In this document: positions 36,701 through 49,330 of the stretch, piece after piece | Numbering within the stretch: the stretch's first letter is position 1 | Layout of the letters: each line of letters opens with the position of its first letter | Assembly: GCA_977030845.1 (NCBI GenBank) | Contig: OZ365112.1 | Location: 5,270,001 to 5,334,000, forward strand | Source: Fimbriosthenelais zetlandica | Taxonomy: Eukaryota | Length of the DNA: 64,000 bases | Reading direction: 5' to 3' | Position numbers and translations under genes: made by a program | Notes under the pieces: generated by a model | Databases searched by the model: none | Seen by the model: the letters and a program-made list of their open reading frames with translations, nothing else | What the model was told of the DNA's origin: nothing

Positions 36701-39700
36701 ATTAAGCCATACGCTACATTATGCCCTTGTTTCATGCATTCAAAGATCCCGATATTTATGACATAAATAATCCCCCACCAGATGGAAATATATGGTATGT
36801 ACTTTCAGCCTTGGAACAAACAACCCCGGGTGACTAGACTCATAAAATATAATGCAAGTCATTATCGTAGAAAATAGCATCTCTATACCAACTGTTAACA
36901 AGTTTCAAAATGAGTATTTTTAATGTAAAATAATGGAACATTTGGCTCAGGGTAATAACCATCTCAGCACTAGTTCTCCCCAACCCTGATTGCATTATTA
37001 GCATCATTCATTTTCCAGTATTTCATTTGAGTAGAAACTAGGCACAAGTGGACAAGCTATCAGTCATATTTACAACCTCCTGGATGATGGATAACAATGG
37101 CTTTTCCTGCAGGCCTTCCCAATGTATTCTAGCACATAGCGTGGCTAAAGTACCTATAGCAATATCCAAGTATATCGCTGCCTCCGAGTGCATGCCATTC
37201 TTGACAATGGTTGCTGTCACTTCTGTTTAATACAAATGTCATATACAACTGCCAGATTTCATTAGATTAATCGTATTCAAGATACCAGAATTAATTCAAA
37301 GCTAGACATGCATAGATCTATGTTGTATGTACCTTATTTTAAAATAATTAGAATCAGTACAATACATTTCAGCCCTTGGGTGCGGAGAGGTGGCTTTGTC
37401 AAAATTAATCAATTGTGAAAAGCACAATTAGTGGCATGGAAAAGCAGTCACACATGAGACTAATTGTAGGAGCAGCTATATACTCCAATCAATAGACCAG
37501 CAGCAGCAATCTGACAATTTTTATTTACATTAAGCCTTCAGGGAAGTGGCTGTCTCCACAATGAATGGCTTAGAGTCTTAGATGGCCACCGCTGAGAAGG
37601 CACTGGCTTGTTGCCTTCTCCGTGGAAGCATAAATCCTATGAATAATATATGCAGAAATCATCAACACTTCCTTTTTCACCGCAGCGATAGCTATTCAAG
37701 CGGCAATAGGAATGACTGGCAGCCAGAGTCGATGGAGGACAAATTGGCGTAGCCCACATATTGATCTCTCCGGGCGTAATTCATTTATCGGCTCCGGGTT
37801 ATTGATCTGCATAGGGAAGCTGAAGCCATGCCTTCTCCTCCCTCACAATATTCACTCACTGCTGGTGGTGGTGGGTGGTGGTGGGTGGTGGGAGTGGTGG
37901 AGGATCAGACTGGCGGTAGAGGTCTAGTTCAGAAACTGGCAGCACTTCCATACACAGTATTATATCCAAAACACCTAACGCCCCTAGAGCTCTGCACTCT
38001 CCACGCCTGCCTGCCACTGACCCATCACCCACAGCCCACACAAACCCACAGCAATGTAAACACTCAACACTGATTGCAACCAAATATAAATCTCTGTTTG
38101 AGGTGAAATCCAAGGAAGATTCAATTCCCAGTGTTTGTTTGCTAGGACTGATAAATTTCCTCTCACCTATTTGTTCTAACATGTAACTAGAGTGCTGTTC
38201 TCTTTATATAACAAAACAAACAAACCCAAAACCCAAAACTAGATCCCCGGAAAAAATAAGCCATTAAAATTTGTCTGTATACACTGATCTGGCTATATAA
38301 AATAATGCGGCAAATCAGAATATCAATTAACCAATCAACTGAAGTCCTTCACTCCAATCGTTATCTTGAGAGCCATGTTAGAGTGTACTCCTGCTATCTA
38401 CCCTGTCACTTGGCAATGTTAATGATTCACTTTCCACCATTATTCAAGGCAGACAAAGCAAGATGGCTGCCATCAAGGGCCTCAAGCATCCACCTCCTTC
38501 AAGTAACTATTAGAAAGGCAAGACTCCCTCTCACATCAAACTCTGTGAACGAGATGGGTGGGACACTTTGTAAAGATTACTCTTAAAAAATGACCACTAA
38601 AAGGTACATTTCAATTCAATACAGATTACAGGGACTAAGAATAAATGTCTTAGAGCTTTATAGATCTATGCACTGTGCATAATCAAATGGCATATTTCCC
38701 CCGTTCAAGTTCAGTATAATTTGTCAGCACGATTTTTGATATAGCTTATTTACATGTCGATCCAGCAACACGTACTAAATTGTACTCCCATCCCTATAAA
38801 ATGCACACACAGGTGTGCGACCATACATACAGCAATATAAATATTTTAAGTTTGTATAGTGGTAGAAGCTGAAATTCATTGAACAATTCCATGCAAAGTC
38901 TGAATCAACATCAACTGCAATTGGACTTGACTTTGGTATGATTAACATCGTTTCTATGACTAATGTAGGTCTGCCTTCTGCCTATCTTCCGAGAATCTAA
39001 GAAACATATATAGAATGAGATCTTATAGATGCCAGCCTGGAGGACTCCTGCTGAACAACTCATTTATGAGACAGCAGCCATAAAAAGCAGGCCAGGAGTT
39101 GGTTATTCATCGATAGCCTCTCACCCCAGTGGATGACTAAGATAGACAGGTTGACTAGGCGTCATACAAATTGCTGGTGGGAGGCAAACCACCTCAGACA
39201 GGCCATACATTAAAAGGCTTGACCCCAAACTCCACCCCATTCAGAAGACATTAGGCAAAGGCAGAAGGTTAGTGACAACCTCCCTGTACTGGAGCCTTCC
39301 TCTCTCTATATGTAGACTTCACTAGCGTCCCTGTGCAAAGCCCTTGGGACTACCTTAGCAAGCAAAATGGTCATACAAAATGAGTTTTTTCTTAGGCCTC
39401 AAAGCCTTGCCCAGCTTCGCTGTTTCCTTTTAAGTGTGGGAACCAAATTTAAAGTGAACCAGCTGTGGATTCATGTATTAAGGGACCTGCGCTGGTGATC
39501 AACATTGTAAATTCATGCACCATGGACCGTGCTTCCCATATCTAGTCCTTATAGAAGACGGAGGGTTTAAAAATTACCCTTAAACTCTGCACATCTCTTC
39601 CTTTGAGAACAATGCTTAGAGCCAAAGACCATGCTTTGTAGCTGTCTTTAAGGAAATGAGTCTTTAAGGAAATGAGTGGGTAATCCTCCCTTTTTCCTAA

Positions 39701-40329
39701 GTCTGGGTTCTCTAAGCATCAAGGAATTCTTGTTATCCCGCCAATTTTTCACATATTGGATGAAATCCTGAAGACATTTTTTCTAGATTTTAACGCCCCG
39801 ACTACAGCGGTCAAACGATGCAAACATGGGGTCGGAGTGGAGCTGGCCTTAATGCTTTAAAGCAGTGCTGGATTCATCATCTTCCTAGAAGGGAAACTTC
39901 CTTAATGTGCATGAAGATGGTAGGAGGAAGTAGCCCTATCGCTGACCTTTAAGGTGCCTTCCTTGCTTTTGTCCGCCTAGTTTGATGGCGGCCCTCTGCC
40001 CGGTCAGCTCCCATTAGCTGCCAGTTGTTATGGTTACCGAGCTTTTGCTTCTTTATATGACCAGAACAGCCTGGGTCCAGGCCACCATAAACTCCATATA
40101 AGCGGATATAAAGGATCCTTCTGAAGCCAAGATGGCTGCACACTTCCCCCCATCCTGCATTCTTATGTAGACACTGCAACATTTATTCCAGTCATTTACT
40201 CATAGACAAGGAGATGAAAAAGAGGCATTAAAAGGTGAAGAAGATGATGATGGAAGAAATAAAGAAGATAAAATAAAACCAATATGAAGAACAAGAAGAA
40301 GAAGAAGAATATGATGAAGATTAGGAGCA

Positions 40330-40980
40330 CGAGGAAAATGACTGACCACGTCCTTCTTTAAAAATTCAAACGCCAAGTTTTCTTAAAGTCCCTTCTGAAA
40401 ATTTCAACTGCAAGATTACTTTTTACGGTAAAGAATGTAAAATGCAGCGGTTCATCAAATCCTGATTGCATACTTCATTGAATATTCCTTCTTCTTTAAG
40501 GAGAGCATCATCTTTTATTGGAATTTGACAGAAGGCACTGATCAAGGTTCCCCAGGAAGGCAGCTTTTTTGACCTTTCACTTGATTGGACTATTTCCATT
40601 CTTCCGTGGACCGCATTAATATTAAGGAACAATACCAAGCAAAGGGAGAACTTTTAAGAAAACCCATTTAACTTTCTTACCAAGGAACACACTTTTGTTA
40701 TGCTGTAACCGCTAGCGGTCTCTCTCTTTAGTTCAGAATTAGGCCAATATTTAACCAGAGAATAATTAAATTCCGCCGTGTTTGCCGATTGGTAGGGATT
40801 AGGCAAATTAATCGGGAAGACCTCTTTTACAACTTCCATAATGTCGCTACGGTCTTCTTACAACACGAACAAAGTAGGTTGGAGGGCTCTTCCCCACATT
40901 GTCAAAACCTCATCCATTCTGCCGAGCTGGCGAGGTGGATTGCCTGAAGACGATTGCGCCCTGATCTGCTTCTAGGCTTA
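40330..40980 (-). pseudogene. Unassigned near-open reading frame of about 200 codons with few stops
   Basis: ORFs 40654-40839 and 40423-40638 are in the same frame. It reads GNPPRQLGRMDEVLTMWGRALQPTLFVL*EDRSDIMEVVKEVFPINL...GFS*KFSLCL...CILHSLP*KVILQLKF. No family recognised. Confidence 0.35.
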
Positions 40981-43849
40981 GTCCTAATGATGCAGGAACC
41001 TCAATATCAACAAATATCATCTTAAGGAGAGGATCTAACTTACTTAGCCATCATTATACCGACATAGATAAGATCAGACAAGAATTTTGCTAGGATTAAG
41101 CATTTATATGAGAAATAATATCCCACAATTTTAGTCTGGTCATTAGTGAATTCAAGCCTAGAATACCTTTGGGTCATTATGTGAATGTCTATCGCCTATG
41201 AAAACCTTACTTGCGTCATAGAAAAGTTATTTCCTTCCTTTATTTTGTATTTATATCGGTTTTATTTCATTTCTTGGAAGAGGACCTACCACAACATGCT
41301 GAGAAAGCGAATCATTGACCTATGCCATCCGTGCAGCCTTCTCAGGACAAGCGTTTCTGGTGGTTGTTTTTACCAAAATAAAAGGTCGTCAAGATTTAAA
41401 AGAAAAGGTCTGACGTGTCAATTAAAGCTGGGCGGATGTTGTGCGTGGAGATGTGTGGGTGAGTGTGTGAGTGATTAATTTGGGTGTGTTAATGAGTAAG
41501 GGAGACAGCCTTAGCCTACTTGTCTGTTGCTCATTAAGACAGTGGGATTACAGGCTTGTGGTTGACTTGGATGGAGGGTTGGGACGGGCAGGCGAGCTTC
41601 CCTCAATGCTCCCCCCGGCTAAATACATGACAAATTTAATTCCTTTTGTTTCCACCAGCAGCTAATTAGACTCCTTAATTCAGAAGCTCCTCCGCCAAAC
41701 TAGTTTTAGTGTAAATATTTACAAAGTCTCTGGAAAGAGATATTCAATGAGGAGACTTTGAATTTGTACTTTCTAATAAAATATTGATTTGCCGGGACCT
41801 TCTCCACTGTTTCTACAAGATAAATCTCGGTTTACTTTGGAGGCTCAAAACTTGTAAAGAATAGAATCTTTTGGAGATTCCCCTTTGAAGTGAAATCTTC
41901 TTGTAAGGCTTCCAACAGAACTTCTAAGGCAATCGATAGTCATAAGAGCCAGTAAATTCTGAGAGACATACACTAAAAATTCAGGTTGTAAAGCACCTCT
42001 TGTCGGTGTCAAACACGGAAGAGGCTTGGGCACAGGACACATTAGTGACTATAGCCTTTGTTCATGTGTCAGCGTCGGTGTTAAATGCTTCAATGGGGGC
42101 CTCAATGAATGGCTTAAAGCCGAGTCACAGTTACCTCGCAGACACCTTTACCTACACAAACAAATCTAGGATGGAAAACATACGAATCTCTCGTTTTCTT
42201 GCATATGAAAAACTTTGATACGATGAAGCAGAAATATCTATAAATATCTATAAAATATATATCAAGGAAATATCTATAAATAAAACCCGATCTTTTTAAA
42301 GCAAACTACACCAGAATAGACCTTAATATGGCTACATTTTCACCAATATTCAGGTCACTATTAGCATAGCAATACAGAAGCGAAGAGGAAATTTACAAAT
42401 GATATAGATTTTGTAAATTATATGCTAGGCTTGTGGGGCCCTGTGGGGGTGGGGTTAAGAGTACTGACAATAGTACAGCTGTTTTTTCAGCACCTCACTG
42501 TGCCTCGCCACACGTGACCTTCATCAACTCTGACCTACAGACTGTATATAGACGTCCAGGTGTTCCTGTCACCTGGCTGTGACACTGACAGCTGATAGCA
42601 AACTTCACCCTTCAGGGATATGTCAGTCTCTAAGACACTCCCCTAATCTACCTCTCCTTAGGCACAAGGTCGTTCTCTGAGCATATGGTAGAGTATCAAT
42701 GGATTCTTATATATTATCGTATTCTATATTTTGTATTACGATTTTAAGTTGCTTCGCATATTTTGCACAAGGCGACAATTCGTCCTTTACATAATATGTT
42801 TTTTTAATAAAACGTTTGATATAATTCCTTTAGCGATTGTTATACAATGTAGATAGCTGTGACTTTTTAATCGCTTTATTTTAAACTAAACAAAAAATAG
42901 CAACATCTGCATGGTAAATATTCTTCCAGATACATAACGAAAAGACTATAAATAAATTCAGCCTAAAATAAGTCCTCAGCACGAGGAAATGCACAAGGAC
43001 TGTCTTATCTGCATCCTAACTCTGTTGACACTGCATCAATCACGCTGATTCAATACAAAGGCACTTTGAAATAGAAAGTGATAAGTTAGCCGTGAACGAC
43101 CTGGTTTACATTTCATACAGTCAAAGCTCTGGTATCCAACCTGGTGGTATTCAGGTATCCACCCAAGTGTGACGCTTGTGTCTTGTATCCAAGTGCTCTC
43201 TTGTGACACATAATTCCCGCACGTGCTAGCCATTTCCCAATTTTCCAGATGGTAGCTTCATGCCCATGCAATGCACGCATACCAAAGGATACCCATGTCC
43301 ATTAGTTATGCACTAGCAAAAAAACAGCACACGAGCGGAAGTCAAGTCAGTCAAGTCACAGTCTCTTGAGACTGTCGAGAATTCTTAACTTTTCTCATTC
43401 ATTAAAGTCTTAAACCTGCCCATTCATTAATGTTTAATGACTCAGAAACTCCCCAGTTTCTTATCATTTAATGAAGCTTCTTTGCAGCAATATTGTTCAG
43501 TCCTTTTAATATTTCATACTTAAAGCTTCAAATAGCGAATGGAAAATGTTCAACGTCCAAATACGCAGTTCTCAATTTTATGTGAAAAGCCAAGGCCAAA
43601 CCACATGCGTGGGGAATATGAGAAGAAAAGAGAAATGGTGCTGAGATGCTTTTGCTGTTCGGCAGACACTTGGCCTTCTGGAGTGAGGAAACTTTATGAA
43701 ACAAGGAAAAAGGTCTTGCCCAACAGGAGGTTGTAAAGTCTGAACTCATTGCTTGCTTGGCAGTTTGCAGAACAAAGGCCCCTCTGATACACAGGGTAAG
43801 GAAGGGGGAGGCATTTGCTTGCGAGGAGAAGGCATTTATTTGTGTGTTT

Positions 43850-44115
43850 GAGGGTGGGGTGAGTCAGCCAGACAAATGGATAGACAGAGACGATGTAGAC
43901 AAGCAAAGGAAAAAGATAAATCATGGGTAGAAAAAAAGAGATGATAAAGATAGGAGGATATGGAAAAGGTGGCAGATCAATGAGGAAAACGGAAGGGTAA
44001 GGGGGGCCAGGATATGAGGGAAACTGAAATGGAAATATTGGGTAGAGCCCAAAATAGATGGAGATATGTGGATAGAAGAGAGAAGAAGAGGTGGAAGAGC
44101 GGTAGAAGGAAGAGC
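43850..44115 (+). repeat. Purine-rich low-complexity tract
   Basis: GA-rich run visible on the plus strand. Confidence 0.55.
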
Positions 44116-45168
44116 TGTGGGATTTTAGGAGCTAGTATCAGGCCCTGGCTACAGTGATCTATCATTACCACTGTTGGCTGGCATTCACAGGCCTGTCCAC
44201 TTCAGCCCTGCTCTCCTCTCACTTTGACTGATTCCATTCTACTCTCCGTGCAATCAGTTTCTGACCGTGATGGAGCAGTCGTGAAGCCTAACGAGTGTCT
44301 CCCTCCCTTCTCCTCCTCTAAGAGACTTTCTAAACACCTCTGCTCACCGCCACAAGGGATTAATGAGGGGAGAACAATGAAAGCCTATTCAACATACACT
44401 TCTCTTCAATCTTAAACGTGTCAACTGTCCCTGACTCTATCCCCACAAGGCCCTCGGAAGTTCCTCTATTCCCACAGAAACCCGCCTTCTCTCTGCATCT
44501 TTCTCCTCGTCTCATGGACCTTGCACTTGGCCTTCAACATGTGGATAAACCCCGTCTTGAATTTTCACAATGAAGGTGCCATCAAGGGACCTCCTGGTGA
44601 AAAGAACCATTAGGATTGACACGGTGTCCAAGGGCTTTTCTGAACGTGAAAAGGACCCGCCAAGATGAAAACCATCAAGGGTTAGATACTAAAATCTAGA
44701 CACCAGGAGGCAAAAATGGTGGTCTGGCCAGGAGGAAATGGAGAGCTGTCTTGCCAAAGAGACCAATACAATTCAATGTCAATAAGTTCAACTTCCAATA
44801 CATGTATATCTCTCAGAGGGAGGGTGAAGAAGGGGCCAGGCTAAATACCCAGCGGGCTAGCTTGAGAGACTGAATCACGTGACCAAGACACTGGAGGGCC
44901 CGGATGGAGGTGGAGGGATCCATTCCAATCTTGGTTGGAAAGGCTGAGCGAAAAAAATCAATGGCTCGGTTGGGGGTTGGCGAGTCTACGGGTGGTGCAT
45001 GGCTGCCCCGTCATGATTCACACTTGGAATTCGGTCAGCTAGACAACTCATACTAAACAAGCAGGAGCAGTTCCAGGCCTGCTGGCTGATGACCTGCTCA
45101 TAGAGCTACTCAGTTATATACGTGCTTCCCCAGGCTTCTGTCATGCCATGTTCCGCTGTGACTTCTAA

Positions 45169-45379
45169 AGCCGGGACTCCACTGCTGCGATTTTGCCTGC
45201 GACACTTCTGCGACAAACGTGATCCTTGTGTTGCAATGACAAATTTACTATTGGAGGACGGCCTTAAGGCCTTGGACACTTCGACTACAGTTTTTAAATT
45301 TTCACCTTTCAATTGTCACCAAGCATCACCTTTGTCGAAGTAGTGTCGCAGGCAAAATCGCAGCAGTGGAGTCCCGGCT
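45169..45379. mobile_element. PIF/Harbinger-type MITE, copy 2 (211 bp)
   Basis: TIRs AGCCGGGACTCCACTGCTGCGATTTTGCCTGCGACAC... / ...GTGTCGCAGGCAAAATCGCAGCAGTGGAGTCCCGGCT, with TAA TSD at 45166-45168 and 45380-45382. Same length and orientation as copy 1. Confidence 0.92.
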
Positions 45380-48300
45380 TAACTGCAACATTTCAGTGTA
45401 TACCGTCACATTTGACACTATTATATAGCGAAGGTCTGTGACACTACAAGCCTGATGCAGATCCAGGTTCATTTGGAACGAACCAAAGCAACAAGAGTCA
45501 CCCACTCAAATTGATGGTAACTAAGGGCCGAACTGACAGGGTTATGGTGCCGTTCATTCATATTTTATTTTTCAGTAAATGCTGGCCAAAGTGGCTTCAT
45601 AAATGGCTTCATAAATGGGAGCCATATGTGAATAATTGAGATCTCTGGCGAAATAAAAATGGGACAGCTATAGATGAGAAAGTATCTTCATTAAGATTAG
45701 GGTAAGCCCGCATATGCATGGCTAATAAAGGGACTATTTTATGGCACAAGAGAATGAGTCAGCCAAGGAGAAAATCTGAAATGGTATTTTTGAACAAAAG
45801 GGTCATAATATAACTATCGTGGTGTTTGAGACAATAATAGCTATTTAGTTGAGCTTCGATGTAGGCTGTGACCTCTTGCTCGCATACGGGCATATTTGAA
45901 GCTATAACTTTCTGCCCTTTGCCTGTAGCATTCCCAAATGGTCGGCAATGACACGGACTTTGCCCTTTGTCTCTGCAACAAAGAATTGCTGATGTTAGTT
46001 CCTTTAACAAAGCAAAATGGCTCTTCCTAATGTCTGGGTATTCACAGTCAGAATACTTAATTGTACCAGTGCTCCACTGGGACAGATAGTAGTTTTTCAA
46101 CTTTATTTTTTGTTGGTTTCCCAGTTGAATATTTAACAATAGAAAAGTCCTCTTGGCCAATTATGTCTTGAGGACAGCGCTCAACCAGACCCTAGTAACA
46201 TTACTGGGAACTAATTCTGGACCTTGGCTTCTTGAGGTGTCTGGGACTACACGTCCAGGCGGAGTAGATAGTCAGGGAGACGGATGAGCCAGTCAAATAT
46301 TTACAGCTTTTCACAAGTTTAATTTGCCTGATGTGCTCTCCCCTACATACAGCCCTGAATATATTAACACGTACATTACCCAGCCAGTGGCTTCCTGCAT
46401 ATAAAGTGGGAAGTGGTATATGATATGCATATAAATATTAGGAAGCCATCTTTATGGGTCCATATATCAGGGTGGAAAATCCCATTAAAGGTTATGTAGC
46501 GATACATACTATACCACAAGGCATTTCATAATTTAATGTGATATAGACTTAGAATCGAATATAAAAATATATCCTTATACTACACAAGGAATATAATTTG
46601 TATATTATTGGCTATATTACCGATTATAAATGCCCTGAAAACTTCCTATTATTGCAATTCAGAAATGATAAAAACTTCATCAAATATTTCTAATAGTAAG
46701 CCATGACATCTCTATAATATTGGTAACAACGTTATCTCTTAACAGAATGAATCATGAATCATGAAAATAGAGATGATGTTCACAATAGAAAATAGGTCAT
46801 AATGGCGCAGTCCATGAGAGGAGGGATGACGAGGCGCAGCATCAGTAGCAGACTTCATTAAGCAACACAGAGACAATGATATAGCCACATGGCACGGTTC
46901 ATTCAAACCAAATCAACAGAGGGACTCTGGTTGATAATAATGATGTTAATTAGTAGAATAGAATGGCGTGTGGCACGCCAAGGGTGGGTATGACGTGACT
47001 GAGCTCTACCAGCACGTGCAGCTGTGAGAGGCTGCATCTACAGGTGAGGATGCACCGACACAATGCCTCCACCCATCATCCACCATAAAGCCAGTCAATG
47101 CTTACATCAACTTGCATGTTAACACCTAGCTGACCTATTGACCATATACAGCCAATTTAGACCTCCATGAGTCCGTCTTAAAAGATTGTATATTTAATCA
47201 TACAATATTTATAATAGAGGCCTCAGAGGGTAATAGATTTAGACTAAAAAAACTCCTTCACTTATAAAAACGATTGCACAGTCGAGATTTGGCAGAATAA
47301 AAAACCGTTGATACAAAGAAAATTAATACTGCTAAGTCAATGAAAATTTCCATTTATGAAAAGAACCAATTTCTGCCAATATTCTGAGCACGAAATTCCA
47401 TTTGGATTTCTTCGCTATATTATTTATTTTCATATCCATCTCGGGATTCATCTCAAGAATGATGAATTTAACTTTAAGGATAAACCATATCTGCCCAGTT
47501 AGCAGATGGTTACAGCAGGGCACGGGTTCACAAACTGCAATAAACACAATAATTAATATCTCCCGGCAATCATGTCATTCTCCTCTCCCCATATCCCATA
47601 CCATATCAACAAAGGTGGCTTTCTCCAATCGTAGAAATTGATATGACAAAGCAGAATGCATTCTCCTCATTTGCTCTCAAATGTCAATGGATTTTTAAAT
47701 GTCAATTTCTTTCTCGTTCCTTGGAGTGGGAAAATAAATTGTACATCGGCGAATTAGGATTGTCACTATTCAATTTTCCATTGACATGGAAAATGAAGTC
47801 ATTAATTGCTGTGGTACATTGAAATTGACAAGTCCCTCTCAGCAAAATAAGCTGACTGACCCTGGATCTGGCCTATGGATGAACTATTTATAGGAAATAA
47901 AATAGGAGACTATAAATAATTGAAGTCTGAGATGGGAAAAGGAATCTTTTAAGTCAGAATTCCCTGAACTCCCATCCATAAAGAAGGACGGCCTAATAAA
48001 ATGCAATTTAAAAAGGCAACGTTCAGTTAGGAACTAGTGGAAAAGTTCACGAATCACTCAAGAGATTTGGCTAAAATAAGGCATCCCTAATGAACGGTAC
48101 TTATTTGTTCATTATTTATGTACATGATTTATCAGTATGATTTCTTTTCGGTGTCTGTTCTTAGGGAGATGATTAAAGTGAGTAAGCAATAGATGTCAAT
48201 GACAATGAATTGTTACGAGACCTGGGTGGTATGGTCAAGCTTCACCTCACATACATCCCATTTACTCTCTATGTATACAACTAATAGGCCAACGTTTAAT

Positions 48301-49149
48301 ATGTTTCTCTCTAATAATATGAAAAACAATCTATACAATTAGTACTCATTCAACCATTTACGATTCAAATGTGAGATTGTGACAGCATATCAACTCCCTA
48401 ATATGATATTGTTACTTAAGAAAGAGGAGAGAAATTGATTAAGTCTCTCATGTCATGAGATTAGAATCTGTTTTTGGATGCAATACAGATTAATACAGTA
48501 TTTCATTTAAGAAATGGAACAGAGCTTTAGACTGCTCTAGAGCAAGGGCCCTTTTCAGCTATGAACAATTTACTTAACTGAAAACATTTTTTTGCCTTGG
48601 CCACAAGATCAGTCAGCGAGAAGTCATGCAATCTTCGCTCAGTCCTCGAGAGCCCTTGGGGCCAAATTTTAACCACATATAACTGTAACAAATGTCTATG
48701 GTTAAAAGGTATCTGCACCAAATATGTCAGATATTCTAATCAATCGAGTAAATTTTAAGATGGATAAAGGTTTGAGTAGTATTCATACTGATTGATTTGG
48801 ATCTGATATGGGAGGTACATATGACATGAATCATTGATGATGTAGTTTGATATGAAACCACCCCAAACCTCCAAGTTCATAGCCATGAAGCATATATATA
48901 CACTGGGCTAATTCTAACCACAAATTTATTTTAGCTAAAAGTGCTAAAGACACCAAATTTCTTTTAGCAATTTGCAGTTGGCGTTAGCAGATGTCAATTT
49001 GAAGGAAACATTGCTAGTTGGATTTTTCCTTCATCTCTGATATTTGTGTGATTTTGCGGTGGTTAGGTGTGAGCCCAGAGCGAGCCCAGATACATGAGCG
49101 TTTTATGAGGACAAGGCGATCGAATTGCCGAACATTCTGTCACAATGTA

Positions 49150-49330
49150 CAAGATTGAATTCCATTTGTGACTATTTTCTCACGAAGTTGACATTTGAAA
49201 AAACACCTGTGTGAGAAGCATGAAGTATTATTCTTCTTCTCCTCTCAGTCTGGCTGCAAATAACTAACCAAACACTCTTTACGCCTTTAAGCATCCCCGT
49301 CTCATTATTGATACATCTAAAGAGCAGGAA
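49150..49330 (-). pseudogene. Possible gypsy/Ginger integrase H2C2 zinc-binding fragment
   Basis: Reads VWLVICSQTERRRRIILHASHTG and, in a shifted frame, QLREKI. This resembles the RLVI...e+.rIl..aH....H.G..kT.eKI pattern of gypsy/Ginger integrases. It is short and degenerate. Confidence 0.3.

Noticed and set aside
37050-37225. CQEWHALGGSDILGYCYRYFS, faintly C-type-lectin-like
   Set aside because: The frame is closed by stops soon after and lacks the downstream WIGL and Cys motifs.
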